Part shown: positions 1 to 9,388 of the stretch, in pieces | Numbering within the stretch: position 1 is the first letter of the stretch | Layout of the letters: each line of letters opens with the position of its first letter | Source of the DNA: an uncultured virus (IMG/VR IMGVR_UViG_3300027760_000001) | Taxonomy: Duplodnaviria; Heunggongvirae; Uroviricota; Caudoviricetes | Virus record (IMG/VR): IMGVR_UViG_3300027760_000001 | Reading direction: 5' to 3' (one strand) | DNA length: 64,000 bases | Made by a program: the position numbers and the translations under genes | Notes under the pieces: model-generated | Database searches by the model: none | What the model was told of the DNA's origin: nothing | Seen by the model: only the letters and a program-made list of their open reading frames with translations

Positions 1-1158
1 GCAAGTAATGCCTTAATTGATCAAGGAACGATTGAGCTTCGCGCACAAGAAATCGCGGCTAAAAAAACAGAAATTGCATTCCTAAATTATGTTGCGGCCA
101 TTGCCCCAACGGCAGACCAAGAGCTGCAAAACCGACTTTTGGAAAAACGCAATGAGTTGATGAGCAGCGGCTTATCGGAAGATTTTGTCGAAACAGAAAT
201 GAAGATATTTGAGGCGACAGAGAAAGCGAGGCTTGCTGGACTGGCACTAGATAAAAGCAACGAAAAGCAAGTGGCGGGATATAAAAAATTAAATGAAGAA
301 CTACCGCTTTACATTGAATCGCTAAAAGAAGGCGCCATAATTCAGCAATCATCAGGGTTTATTACAGCACAGAGTAATCTTATAAAGCAAATAGCCATGG
401 CCAGGGCAATAACTCCAGAAGCCGAAATGAGAACGCAACTAGCCCAGTCTGGAGTAACTGATCCAGCGCAGCAAGGCATCTTGATTGGCCTTGAGAATCA
501 AAAACAAAAAGCAGAAAAATTAAAGCAAGATTTACAGGGTATTGCTTCTTCCATCAGCGAGTCTTTTGGAAATGCTTTCAAGGGAATGATCACTGGCAGC
601 ATGACAGCGCAGCAAGCCTTGTCCGGTTTCTTCCAAGGCATTGCAGATAGTTTTGCTGATATGGCAGTTCAGGTAATCTCGCAATACTTAAAAATGCAGC
701 TCATTCAAGGACTAACATCGCTACTAAATCTTGGAGGCGGCGCGACGACGATGGGAGGATCTGGATTTTTCAATCCAAAGACTGGACTCGGGGTTGCCGG
801 CCCCAATTTTGGACTAGCAAATGGTGGCATCATCCAAGGCAAGTTTATGCCAATCACTCCTTTTGCAAGCGGAGGCATCGTCAGAGGCCCCACAATGGGC
901 CTAGTAGGCGAGGGTCGCTACAATGAGGCAGTGGTGCCCCTTCCCGATGGGAAGAGCATCCCAGTGGATCTCTCGGGCATGGGAGGAGGTGCTGGCGCTA
1001 TCTCCACTAATATTGTGATCAACGTGAACAACGGTCAAGCGCAAAGCAACAGTTCTGGAGGATCGTCTGACCTTGGTCGCAAAATGGAAGGAGCAGTGAA
1101 GCAAGTGATTGTTAATGAACTAAGGCCTGGTGGTCTGCTTAGCGGAGGTCGGCGATGA
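1..1158 (+). CDS. Tail tape measure protein, C-terminal part (5' truncated)
   Basis: Frame open from base 1; helical Ala/Gln-rich sequence; FASGGIV..GEGRYNEAVVPLPDG and terminal RPGGLL motifs; directly upstream of a gpM-like gene. Confidence 0.9.
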   Translation, partial: ASNALIDQGTIELRAQEIAAKKTEIAFLNYVAAIAPTADQELQNRLLEKRNELMSSGLSEDFVETEMKIFEATEKARLAGLALDKSNEKQVAGYKKLNEELPLYIESLKEGAIIQQSSGFITAQSNLIKQIAMARAITPEAEMRTQLAQSGVTDPAQQGILIGLENQKQKAEKLKQDLQGIASSISESFGNAFKGMITGSMTAQQALSGFFQGIADSFADMAVQVISQYLKMQLIQGLTSLLNLGGGATTMGGSGFFNPKTGLGVAGPNFGLANGGIIQGKFMPITPFASGGIVRGPTMGLVGEGRYNEAVVPLPDGKSIPVDLSGMGGGAGAISTNIVINVNNGQAQSNSSGGSSDLGRKMEGAVKQVIVNELRPGGLLSGGRR

Positions 1159-1508
1159 CTCAGCCCACTTTTGCTTTGCCATGCCAGTACAATCTCACTG
1201 CTGATCGAGGAGTTCGCACAAAGCGTGTTCAGTTCGGCGATGGGTATGAACAAGTTGCGCCTGAAATGCTCAATGACGACATGCGCTCTTATGCCATTGA
1301 AACGGTCCCCATTCCGAATGAAACTGCTATTGCTCTTGATATGCAACTTGCAGCTTTGAAGGGAGATTTTTTCTACTCACAGTTTTTCATGGATTCGCAG
1401 CAATACAAATATCGCTTGGAGCCGAATCAATGGCAATGGAAAGTTATTGGCCCCGATAGCAATACATTCTCTTTTTCAGTGAGGAGGATTTATGACCCTA
1501 GAAGCTGA
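1155..1508 (+). CDS. Minor tail protein, lambda gpM-like (distal tail)
   Basis: RVQFGDGYEQ motif, 117 aa, synteny. Confidence 0.88.
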   Translation: MTQPTFALPCQYNLTADRGVRTKRVQFGDGYEQVAPEMLNDDMRSYAIETVPIPNETAIALDMQLAALKGDFFYSQFFMDSQQYKYRLEPNQWQWKVIGPDSNTFSFSVRRIYDPRS

Positions 1509-2685
1509 CGTTCAAAAAGGATGGCATGATGCCATCGTTGAAATGTTTGACATTGACCTAGAGCCCATCACTGGGGATGTGAATGATAAGTTTTATTTCA
1601 CAAATCAGCTAAAGCCTGATAGCACGAAAATTCAATGGAAGGGAAATATTTATGAACCATTGCCAATTTTGTCTACTGGCTACGAAAAGAACACCACTGG
1701 TCAAATTGCGCAGCCATCATTGACAGTGGCAAACATCATGGGCACTTTCACGCAAGTGATTGATAGTCTCGATGACTTGGTGGGAGGTAAGGTAACACGA
1801 CGCCGTACTCTTGGCAAGTATCTAGACGGAGAAGCGCTAGCGGATACCACCCAGGAATTCCCCATTGACATTTATTATATTGAAAGGAAAGCTTCGGAGA
1901 ATGCACTAAGCATCACCTGGCAATTGGCTAGCGTTCTTGACCTAGAAGGATTGCAACTTCCACGAAGAGTTATCACTCAAAACTATTGCCAATGGCGGTA
2001 TCGCAGCAGTGAATGTGGCTTTACGGGCGCACCAGTATTGGGCTCCGATGATAATGTTGTTTCTTCTTCTGGGCAATCTGCAGCCGCCATTACAGTGTTA
2101 AATGCCTATGCTCTTGAGAGACAGCGCACTGCTGAACTGAAGGCTGCTATTAATGCACGTAATGTTGCAGCAGCCACAAAAGAAGCAAAGTGCGTTCCTA
2201 ACACATTAATAGAAACCAAATACGTTCCTCCTTTCACGGGAGGATTTGATTACTACGTCTTTGCGGATCGCGGGGGCACATATGCATTTGGTGGAACAAA
2301 ATCAACAGTAGCAACATGGAGCAGTAATACTGTTTCACTGGGTTCTGTATACAAACAAGGATCAAATCAAGGTGGCAATTATTACAGCATCGAACGATGG
2401 GGGGCAGATTCCCCGGCGTGTACTGCCGCCACGTCTGGCTTGACCGTAGCAGATGCAGCAGTCATTGCAGTAGGAAGCGGCTTGGTGGCAGCTCAAACGG
2501 CATTGAGCGCAGCAGTGCTGGCACTGCCCGCTAATGATCCATTGCGCCAACAAGACGTTTGTGGAAAGAGAGTATCAAGCTGTCAGGCACGTTTCCAAGC
2601 CGTCTGGAACAACTCCACTAAGGTGTTCAAGGATCAAAGTCTTCCATTCGGGGGATTCCCTGGTGCCATTCAAGGAAGGCAGTGA
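1492..2685 (+). CDS. Minor tail protein, lambda gpL-like, with large internal insertion
   Basis: VTRRRTLGKYLD, QLPRRVITQNYCQWRYRSSEC, CGKRVSSC, PFGGFPG. Confidence 0.9.
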   Translation: MTLEADVQKGWHDAIVEMFDIDLEPITGDVNDKFYFTNQLKPDSTKIQWKGNIYEPLPILSTGYEKNTTGQIAQPSLTVANIMGTFTQVIDSLDDLVGGKVTRRRTLGKYLDGEALADTTQEFPIDIYYIERKASENALSITWQLASVLDLEGLQLPRRVITQNYCQWRYRSSECGFTGAPVLGSDDNVVSSSGQSAAAITVLNAYALERQRTAELKAAINARNVAAATKEAKCVPNTLIETKYVPPFTGGFDYYVFADRGGTYAFGGTKSTVATWSSNTVSLGSVYKQGSNQGGNYYSIERWGADSPACTAATSGLTVADAAVIAVGSGLVAAQTALSAAVLALPANDPLRQQDVCGKRVSSCQARFQAVWNNSTKVFKDQSLPFGGFPGAIQGRQ

Positions 2686-3389
2686 TGGACTTACTTAAGC
2701 CAGAAATGATGGCCCATGCCAAAAGTATTGAAAAAGAGGAAACTTGCGGGCTAATTGCTGGCGGGCAATTCTGGCCTTGTAACAACATTCATTCTTCCCC
2801 ATCGGAAAACTTTGCCATTGATGCAAGGGACTACGCAAGAATTGAGCCGCTTGGAATTGAAGCGGTTTTTCATTCTCATCCTGGCTTTAATGACCAATTT
2901 AGCAGACATGATATTGCCTCCTGCAAGCAAACTAACTTACCGTGGATTTTATATTGCAATGGGGCGAACAGTTGGCAAGAAATGGATCCAACTGGCATGT
3001 CTCCATACATAGGAAGGCCATGGATTTATGGAGTCTACGATTGTTATGGCTTATGTCGTGACTATTACAGGCGAGAGTTTAACATTGCGTTAGATGACTT
3101 TGATCGCGGAGAAGAGTTTGAATGGCAAAGCAGTGAATGGTGCATGTTTGAAAGAAATTTTGCCAATCAAGGATTCATTGAAATGGACGATAAAAAGACC
3201 ATTGCGAAGGGAGATGTTTTACTTATGCAGCTACAGGCAAATTTTCCAAACCATGTGGGCTTTATTCATTCTCCAAGCGAAAACATTTTCTACCAGCATT
3301 TACTAGGTAGACTGTCAGAAGCCAATGTCTATGGCGGATACTGGCAGAAAAACACTGTTAAATTATTGCGACATCGGGAGCTGCTTTGA
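2682..3389 (+). CDS. Tail assembly protein gpK-like (JAB + NlpC/P60)
   Basis: ETCG, FHSHP..S..D JAB motif; GVYDCYGL and NHVG NlpC/P60 motifs. Confidence 0.92.
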   Translation: MMDLLKPEMMAHAKSIEKEETCGLIAGGQFWPCNNIHSSPSENFAIDARDYARIEPLGIEAVFHSHPGFNDQFSRHDIASCKQTNLPWILYCNGANSWQEMDPTGMSPYIGRPWIYGVYDCYGLCRDYYRREFNIALDDFDRGEEFEWQSSEWCMFERNFANQGFIEMDDKKTIAKGDVLLMQLQANFPNHVGFIHSPSENIFYQHLLGRLSEANVYGGYWQKNTVKLLRHRELL

Positions 3390-4009
3390 TGGCACTAATT
3401 GAAGTGAAACTGCTGGGAGAACTTGGACGCCGCTTTGGACGCAAGTATCGTTTTGTTGCAGATTCTCCTCGTGCAGTGATGTCGGCTCTCTGTAATCAAC
3501 TGGAAGGGTTTAAGCAATACTTATGCACTGCCCATGAAAATGGCATTGGATTCCGTCTAGTTAATGAAAACCCGGAAGGAATGGATTACGAAAATGTGCT
3601 GATGGGATGTGAACGACTGATCATTGCTCCCATTGTCAGTGGTAGTGGCACTGTCGGCAGGATCCTGGTGGGAGTGGCTCTTGTGGCACTGGCCTTTGTG
3701 CCGTTTGGTGGCACTGTCGCTGCTGGCTCTTTGTTTGCTGGTTACGCTGCTGGGGCTGGTTTTGCTGCAGGTAGCTCAGTCTTGTTCAGTATTGGTGCCA
3801 GCTTAATCTTGACTGGCGTGGCGTCGCTTTTGACGCCAGCAGTGAAAACCCCCGCAACTGATACGGAAAGAAAAGAAAGCTTTCTTTTTGATCGCGCAGC
3901 AGAGCTTACCACGCAAGGCACTCCAGTGCCAATTCTTTACGGAAGGTTTCTGGCTGCCTCGCCATTGATTGTTTCTTCGGCCATCACCACGCAACAGGTG
4001 CCAGCGTAA
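3386..4009 (+). CDS. Tail assembly protein gpI-like
   Basis: VKLLGELGRRFG, hydrophobic middle, QGTPVPILYG. Confidence 0.9.
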   Translation: MMALIEVKLLGELGRRFGRKYRFVADSPRAVMSALCNQLEGFKQYLCTAHENGIGFRLVNENPEGMDYENVLMGCERLIIAPIVSGSGTVGRILVGVALVALAFVPFGGTVAAGSLFAGYAAGAGFAAGSSVLFSIGASLILTGVASLLTPAVKTPATDTERKESFLFDRAAELTTQGTPVPILYGRFLAASPLIVSSAITTQQVPA

Positions 4010-6120
4010 TGCCTGAACTCACGGAGCTTGAAGGGGGCTGGAAAGCTGTTATCACTGGCGCTGGTGGCGGCGGTGGCGGCAAAGGAGGTGGAGGTGCAAA
4101 GAACCCTAAGGAAGACCCAGAATCCCTACGCAGCAGATCAGAGGTCACTCTTGTCGGAGTGTTTTCTGAAGGTGAAGTGCAAGGCTTTGAAGATGGTGTT
4201 GATCCGTTAACAAGAATCTACCTTGACAACACTCCCATCAAAAATGTAGATGGAAGCCTCAATTTTAGCGTCAATGGTTTTTATACTGGCAGCCCTGCAA
4301 GTGCAGCAGGTAAAGGAAATTTGATTTCCAACATTTCGGCTTCGATCCCTGGACTGAATAGAAATAGTTCAAACGGGGCCGTTGATTCTATTACCATTGA
4401 TTACCGTGTTGGCACACAAAATCAAGACCCAATGCCCGGTTTTGATGATGTAAAAACAGAGCAAACAGTTGGCCTTAAATTGGCCAATGTCACTGGAGCC
4501 ATTTCACGAACAACATTTTCTGACTTGCTTACAAAAATAAGAATCAGAGTTGGCATTGGCTCTTTGTTTCAAATTGATAAAGACAGTGGAGACGTTAAGG
4601 GAGATTCAGTTAAATTCAATGTCAAAATCCGTCCAGTTGGCGGTTCCGATTTCATTGATGAAGTTAAGACCATTCAGGGCAAATCTAGGGGACCAGTTGA
4701 TTTTGAGTATGAATATCAGTTGCAAGGCAGTGGCCCTTGGGTGATCACTCTTGATCGGATTACCAAAGACCCCACGGCTACAACAGTGTCCAATGATCTC
4801 TATTGGAAGGCCATTGTAGGCATTTATAGCAGATCATTTCGCTACCCAAACACTGCGCTAATTGGCATTAAAGTTGGAGCGGAAAACTTTAATGCAGTGC
4901 CGCAGATTGGAGCGGATATGCTTGGCATAAAAATTAAAGTGCCAAGCAATTACAATCCCACTTCCCGTGACTACTCAGGAATTTGGGATGGAACATTCCA
5001 GACTGTTTATAGCAATAATCCTGCGTGGGTATTTTATGACTTGTTGACCAACACTAGATACGGGGCAGGGGAGTTTATTGATGAAAGTCAAGTTGATAGA
5101 TACTCGATGTATCCCATTGCCCAATACTGCGACGAGCTGGTTTCCGATGGTAAAGGGGGTCTAGAGCCACGCCTAACCTTTAATGCTTACATTACTGACA
5201 GGGGAGAAGCCTATGAAGTGCTGAATGCACTAGCAGCTTCTTTTCGTGGGATGCTGTATTTCAGCGAAGGAACCATTTTCTCCATTCAAGACAAGCCCAA
5301 GCCTATTACGAAGATTTTCTCCCCATCGAACACAATCGAGGAAGTAGATGAAACTGGCAATGTTACAGCCCCTTGCTTTAGCTATGAAGGAACTGCTCGC
5401 AAATCCAGAAAAACAGTTGCATTAGTTTCTTGGAACGACCCAAATGATCAATATAAATCAAAGATTGAATATGTAGAAGACAGGGCAGGTATTGATCGCT
5501 ATGGCTATAGAGAGTTAGAAATCCGTGCTTTTGGCACCACTTCACAAGGCCAAGCTCAGCGAGTGGGGCGCTGGGCGCTGCTCACGGACCAATTAGAAAC
5601 GGAAGTCGTCACTTTCAGAACATTCACTGAAGGCTTCTTTGTTCTGCCTGGAGAAATTATTGGCATTGCTGATCCAGCAAAAGGAGGAAAGCGCTATGGG
5701 GGAAGAGTTGTTGATGCTTCAGCTTCTGGAATCACCATTGACTCTTCTTTCACCATTGCGTCTGGCCTAACTTATCAGGCTTCAGTGATGACACCAAGCG
5801 GCACTATTGAAGGCAGGACAGTTACCAATGCGCCAGGGGAAACTACAGCCCTTTCGTTTTCTTCCCCATTGTCCTCAGCTCCTTTAACTGGTGCTCCATG
5901 GGTGCTGCAAGAGAATGGCGATGGGGTGAGAACATTCAGGGTGATTTCATTGACAGAAGACAATGGCATTGTGACCATCATGGCTTCTTTGTACGACGAA
6001 AGCAAATTTACCACCACTGACAATTCAACAACACTAGGACTCACTCGTACTTCGATTGCTGGCCCTCAAGTGGTTCCTGGCGTCAGGGGCGGCAGCATCA
6101 TCTTGGAGGTGTCTAAGTAA
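4009..6120 (+). CDS. Tail tip / host specificity protein gpJ-like (short form)
   Basis: SEGEVQG, YPNTALIG, YSNNPAWVFYDLLTNTRYG, QYCDELV, GTTSQGQAQRVGRW. Confidence 0.92.
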   Translation: MPELTELEGGWKAVITGAGGGGGGKGGGGAKNPKEDPESLRSRSEVTLVGVFSEGEVQGFEDGVDPLTRIYLDNTPIKNVDGSLNFSVNGFYTGSPASAAGKGNLISNISASIPGLNRNSSNGAVDSITIDYRVGTQNQDPMPGFDDVKTEQTVGLKLANVTGAISRTTFSDLLTKIRIRVGIGSLFQIDKDSGDVKGDSVKFNVKIRPVGGSDFIDEVKTIQGKSRGPVDFEYEYQLQGSGPWVITLDRITKDPTATTVSNDLYWKAIVGIYSRSFRYPNTALIGIKVGAENFNAVPQIGADMLGIKIKVPSNYNPTSRDYSGIWDGTFQTVYSNNPAWVFYDLLTNTRYGAGEFIDESQVDRYSMYPIAQYCDELVSDGKGGLEPRLTFNAYITDRGEAYEVLNALAASFRGMLYFSEGTIFSIQDKPKPITKIFSPSNTIEEVDETGNVTAPCFSYEGTARKSRKTVALVSWNDPNDQYKSKIEYVEDRAGIDRYGYRELEIRAFGTTSQGQAQRVGRWALLTDQLETEVVTFRTFTEGFFVLPGEIIGIADPAKGGKRYGGRVVDASASGITIDSSFTIASGLTYQASVMTPSGTIEGRTVTNAPGETTALSFSSPLSSAPLTGAPWVLQENGDGVRTFRVISLTEDNGIVTIMASLYDESKFTTTDNSTTLGLTRTSIAGPQVVPGVRGGSIILEVSK

Positions 6121-6515
6121 TGGCTTACAACGAAGCGACTTGGGACTTCCCTCAATATTCCGCCTATTCAGTGCTCAATGTGATCAGTCCAGTGGTTTGC
6201 TGGAATCCTCCGCAAAACAATCCTTTTATAGCTTCCTTTGAAGTGGACTATTTGGATACTGTGGACAATCAATGGGTGACACTCGGTTCGACCATCTCAA
6301 ACTATATTAGGTTTCCTTCGGACGTTTATTCGACCAATGGATCGTATAGAATCAGGATTGCCGCTATAGGCACAAACGGCAGGAAGTCTCCCTATTCCTA
6401 CAGCGTAATATCGCTAGCAAGTCCGTTGGTGTTTGACTTTACTGCCAGCTCTGTTGTTCGATACTCTGATGGCACTACTGTTCCAAACCAACGCTTCCTT
6501 TTCTTGATTTTCTAA
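6120..6515 (+). CDS. Fibronectin type III-like tail tip protein
   Basis: W.PP..FEVDY..W..YRIRIAAIGTNGRKS FN3 pattern; TAATG coupling to J. Confidence 0.65.
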   Translation: MAYNEATWDFPQYSAYSVLNVISPVVCWNPPQNNPFIASFEVDYLDTVDNQWVTLGSTISNYIRFPSDVYSTNGSYRIRIAAIGTNGRKSPYSYSVISLASPLVFDFTASSVVRYSDGTTVPNQRFLFLIF

Positions 6516-6516
6516 T

Positions 6517-6927
6517 ATGGCAAATCTTTACGGACTTGATGCAATTGGCAATGCTGCCTATGTGAAGGCCACTGGCGCTGGCACCAATGCCGATCCTTAC
6601 ATTGTCAATAATGACATTATTGCTTCTACGCTCAAGAGCGCCATTGTCACTGGAAGTGGTAGTGCAGATGTGATTGCAGCGGTAAGTGGATCAAAGCTTC
6701 GCGTGATGTCTTTTGCCATTACAAGCCTTTCTGGTTGCACTGTCAAGCTGCAAAGCGGTGGTACGACTGACAAAACTCCTCCTTTTCATTTGGGAGCGAA
6801 TGGAAACATCACGCTTTCCAATCCATTGGGAATTTTTGAAGGCAACTCTGGCGAGAAAATCAATGCAGTGATCAGTGGAACCACTACTTATTCGGTGTTG
6901 CTTGCTTATCGAGAAGTGCTGGTATGA
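6517..6927 (+). CDS. Putative virion protein
   Basis: Tightly packed in tail operon; Gly/Ser/Thr beta-rich. Confidence 0.6.
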   Translation: MANLYGLDAIGNAAYVKATGAGTNADPYIVNNDIIASTLKSAIVTGSGSADVIAAVSGSKLRVMSFAITSLSGCTVKLQSGGTTDKTPPFHLGANGNITLSNPLGIFEGNSGEKINAVISGTTTYSVLLAYREVLV

Positions 6928-7628
6928 GCAGTTTTCTTTATACATCTCTCAGTCCAGTTATTGATCTCTATATTTTGCGTAGAGATTTCTTCGATGGAGT
7001 TGGTTTGCTTCTGCAAGATGAAGATGGACTGCCCATTGATTTAAGCACTGCCCAAGTGAATGCCAGCATCTGGAAGCGTACTGCTGCTGGAGGAGTCGAG
7101 CAGATCACTGCCTTTAATGTGCAGGAGCTGGAAGCATTGCGAAATGGGCGAGTGAGACTTTGGCTTTCTGCGGCTCAAACTGCAGCAGTATGGGATGCTG
7201 CCTTGGCAATTGGGGCATCAAACATCAGCCAAGTTTTCTTCCCCAGTGCTTATTCTTCTGAAAATAAAGAAGACACTCTTGCATCGTCTCCCATCATCTG
7301 GGATGTTCGCATTAAAACCTTGGAAGCTACTGCTTCCGTGGTGAGCGTGAATGCTGGCTCTTTTGTCACACAAACTAGCCATGGTCTTGGTGCCACCGAA
7401 GAAATTGCCTTTGCCAACACTGGACAATCGTCAATTAACTATGCTGGCACTGGTCCAACTTATTCTGGCTTAACCAATATTTCTTACGTTGCTCCTTATT
7501 CCTTTACCCTGCCAACGCTTTCTGGTCTTACGAACGCAGCCCTTGGTGGAACTGTTTATAGACTAAAGCAAGATACGGTGGCCGCTGGTACTGTTTTCGT
7601 CGGATCTACGTTTACAACTTTCAATTGA
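6924..7628 (+). CDS. Putative baseplate/adaptor protein (BppU-N-like N-terminus)
   Basis: DLYILR..LQDEDGLPIDLST..NGRVRLWLSAAQT..WDVRI pattern; resembles 17405-17740. Confidence 0.55.
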   Translation: MSSFLYTSLSPVIDLYILRRDFFDGVGLLLQDEDGLPIDLSTAQVNASIWKRTAAGGVEQITAFNVQELEALRNGRVRLWLSAAQTAAVWDAALAIGASNISQVFFPSAYSSENKEDTLASSPIIWDVRIKTLEATASVVSVNAGSFVTQTSHGLGATEEIAFANTGQSSINYAGTGPTYSGLTNISYVAPYSFTLPTLSGLTNAALGGTVYRLKQDTVAAGTVFVGSTFTTFN

Positions 7629-7634
7629 GGAACT

Positions 7635-9377
7635 ATGGCTGACCTGAAAGAAGGCGTTGCAATTGTCACGGTAGGACGCACTGCTCCAATTCCTCCTGGC
7701 CCGCAAACGGCAGCAAGTAGCCTTCCTGTGGTGATTGCTTCAGACCAATCAGCCGTTCCCGTGTTTGTTGCGAACCAGCAAATTAGTGAAGTTAGCCTTA
7801 GCTTGCTTGGCATTCCGAGGGCAGAAGTTGCCTTGGGTATCTTCGCCGACGTCACCACCTACGACATCAATCCATCGGAATGGCAGTCAGAAGGCACTGG
7901 TACAACCACGCACGTGGCTTCGGAAAGCGCTGCGAAGGTGAGCCTTGGAACGAGCACTACCAATGCTTGGCAGATCTTGGGAAGTAAGCGTTTCTTCCGC
8001 TATCAGCCAGGCCGGGTTAGTGCTGCCACGTTTGGCATCAGGGTTAATACAACTACAGATCGCACTGACATCAAGAAGTTTGGGGCCTTTGATAAGCGTG
8101 ATGGTTACTACGTTGAAGTGCAAGGTGGAGGACAAACGTCCACCACTGATAAGGAATCCAATTTCCTTTGCGTACGTAGAACAAGTGCTTTAGAGAGCAA
8201 TGAAAGTGGTATTCGGCTTCCAAATTCCGTCGATGGTGATATTGGCACTGCAGGTACTGACTTGGTGATTGTGCGAGCAGGACTCACTTATATTCATGCA
8301 GGATTGTACGATTTAAGCCTCCGTGGTGTTGGCAATAGCATTGGTGGCATTGCGTCTTCTGACGGCTTAACGACTGTTGCAGCGGCATTCTTCACTGTTC
8401 CCAATGACTATCGTTACACCTATGAATATCGAGTGCCTCGTAAATATTTTAGTCATGATCGTTTAGATGGCTTAACTGCCACTCAATATTATTCCGACAG
8501 GACTCCTGGGCGTTCAAGCTTTACGGTGACCATTGGAGGCACTGCGTCTTCTCCTACTGTTACGTTTGGAAACAGCACTGCTCTTCAAACTGACGAAGGT
8601 GATATTATTACCAAGGAAAGTGTATGGAATATTGACTTTTCTAAAGTCACAATGTTCAAAATGGAATATAGCTGGTATGGCGCCGTTGGCGGCCATTTCC
8701 TTGCTTATGTTCCTGATTCCAGCACTTCTGGAGAGGCTCGATGGGTGAGAGTGCATCATATTCGTGCTTCTAACCAGCTTACAAGCCCAAGCTTAGGCAA
8801 TCCAACGCTGCCCATCAGCTATCTTGTTCAGAAGGCGACAAGTGGCAATGAAAATTCGCTGTACAAATATGGGGCTTCTTATTACATTGATGGCGGCGAT
8901 AAAGGAACTATTGTCGCCCGCTCTCAAAGCAACACTGCCGACAGGTCCGTAAGTACCACTGGAACTATGTTGCTTGGCCTTAGAACAAGAAATACAATCA
9001 ATTCCATCCGTAATAGGATGCAAGTTTATCCAACGAGGCTTGGCATTGGTTCTAGTGATCGAGCAATTGTCAAACTAATTAAAAATCCAACTTCAGTTTC
9101 CACCACTCCTACTTTCGCTACAGTCGCCACTTTAAGCCCAGTTGAATTCACCACAACTAGTGGAGTGACTACAGTCAGTGGCGGCACTACTGTGGCAACT
9201 TTCTTTGTGTCTGCCGGTGGCGTTGACCTTGATCTTGCTCCTTACTTTGGTTACAACAAAGACTACCTCTCCTACCCATTGACTGCCACTTCCGGGGACA
9301 CACTATACTTATTTGCACAAGCAGCATCTGGTACTACCAACATGAGTGGATCGCTTACTTGGGAAGAACAGGTGTAA
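7635..9377 (+). CDS. Virion structural protein, paralog 1 of YQPG family
   Basis: FRYQPGR and FKMEYSWYGAVG shared with 9389 and 16169. Confidence 0.7.
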   Translation: MADLKEGVAIVTVGRTAPIPPGPQTAASSLPVVIASDQSAVPVFVANQQISEVSLSLLGIPRAEVALGIFADVTTYDINPSEWQSEGTGTTTHVASESAAKVSLGTSTTNAWQILGSKRFFRYQPGRVSAATFGIRVNTTTDRTDIKKFGAFDKRDGYYVEVQGGGQTSTTDKESNFLCVRRTSALESNESGIRLPNSVDGDIGTAGTDLVIVRAGLTYIHAGLYDLSLRGVGNSIGGIASSDGLTTVAAAFFTVPNDYRYTYEYRVPRKYFSHDRLDGLTATQYYSDRTPGRSSFTVTIGGTASSPTVTFGNSTALQTDEGDIITKESVWNIDFSKVTMFKMEYSWYGAVGGHFLAYVPDSSTSGEARWVRVHHIRASNQLTSPSLGNPTLPISYLVQKATSGNENSLYKYGASYYIDGGDKGTIVARSQSNTADRSVSTTGTMLLGLRTRNTINSIRNRMQVYPTRLGIGSSDRAIVKLIKNPTSVSTTPTFATVATLSPVEFTTTSGVTTVSGGTTVATFFVSAGGVDLDLAPYFGYNKDYLSYPLTATSGDTLYLFAQAASGTTNMSGSLTWEEQV

Positions 9378-9388
9378 AGGAATAAATC

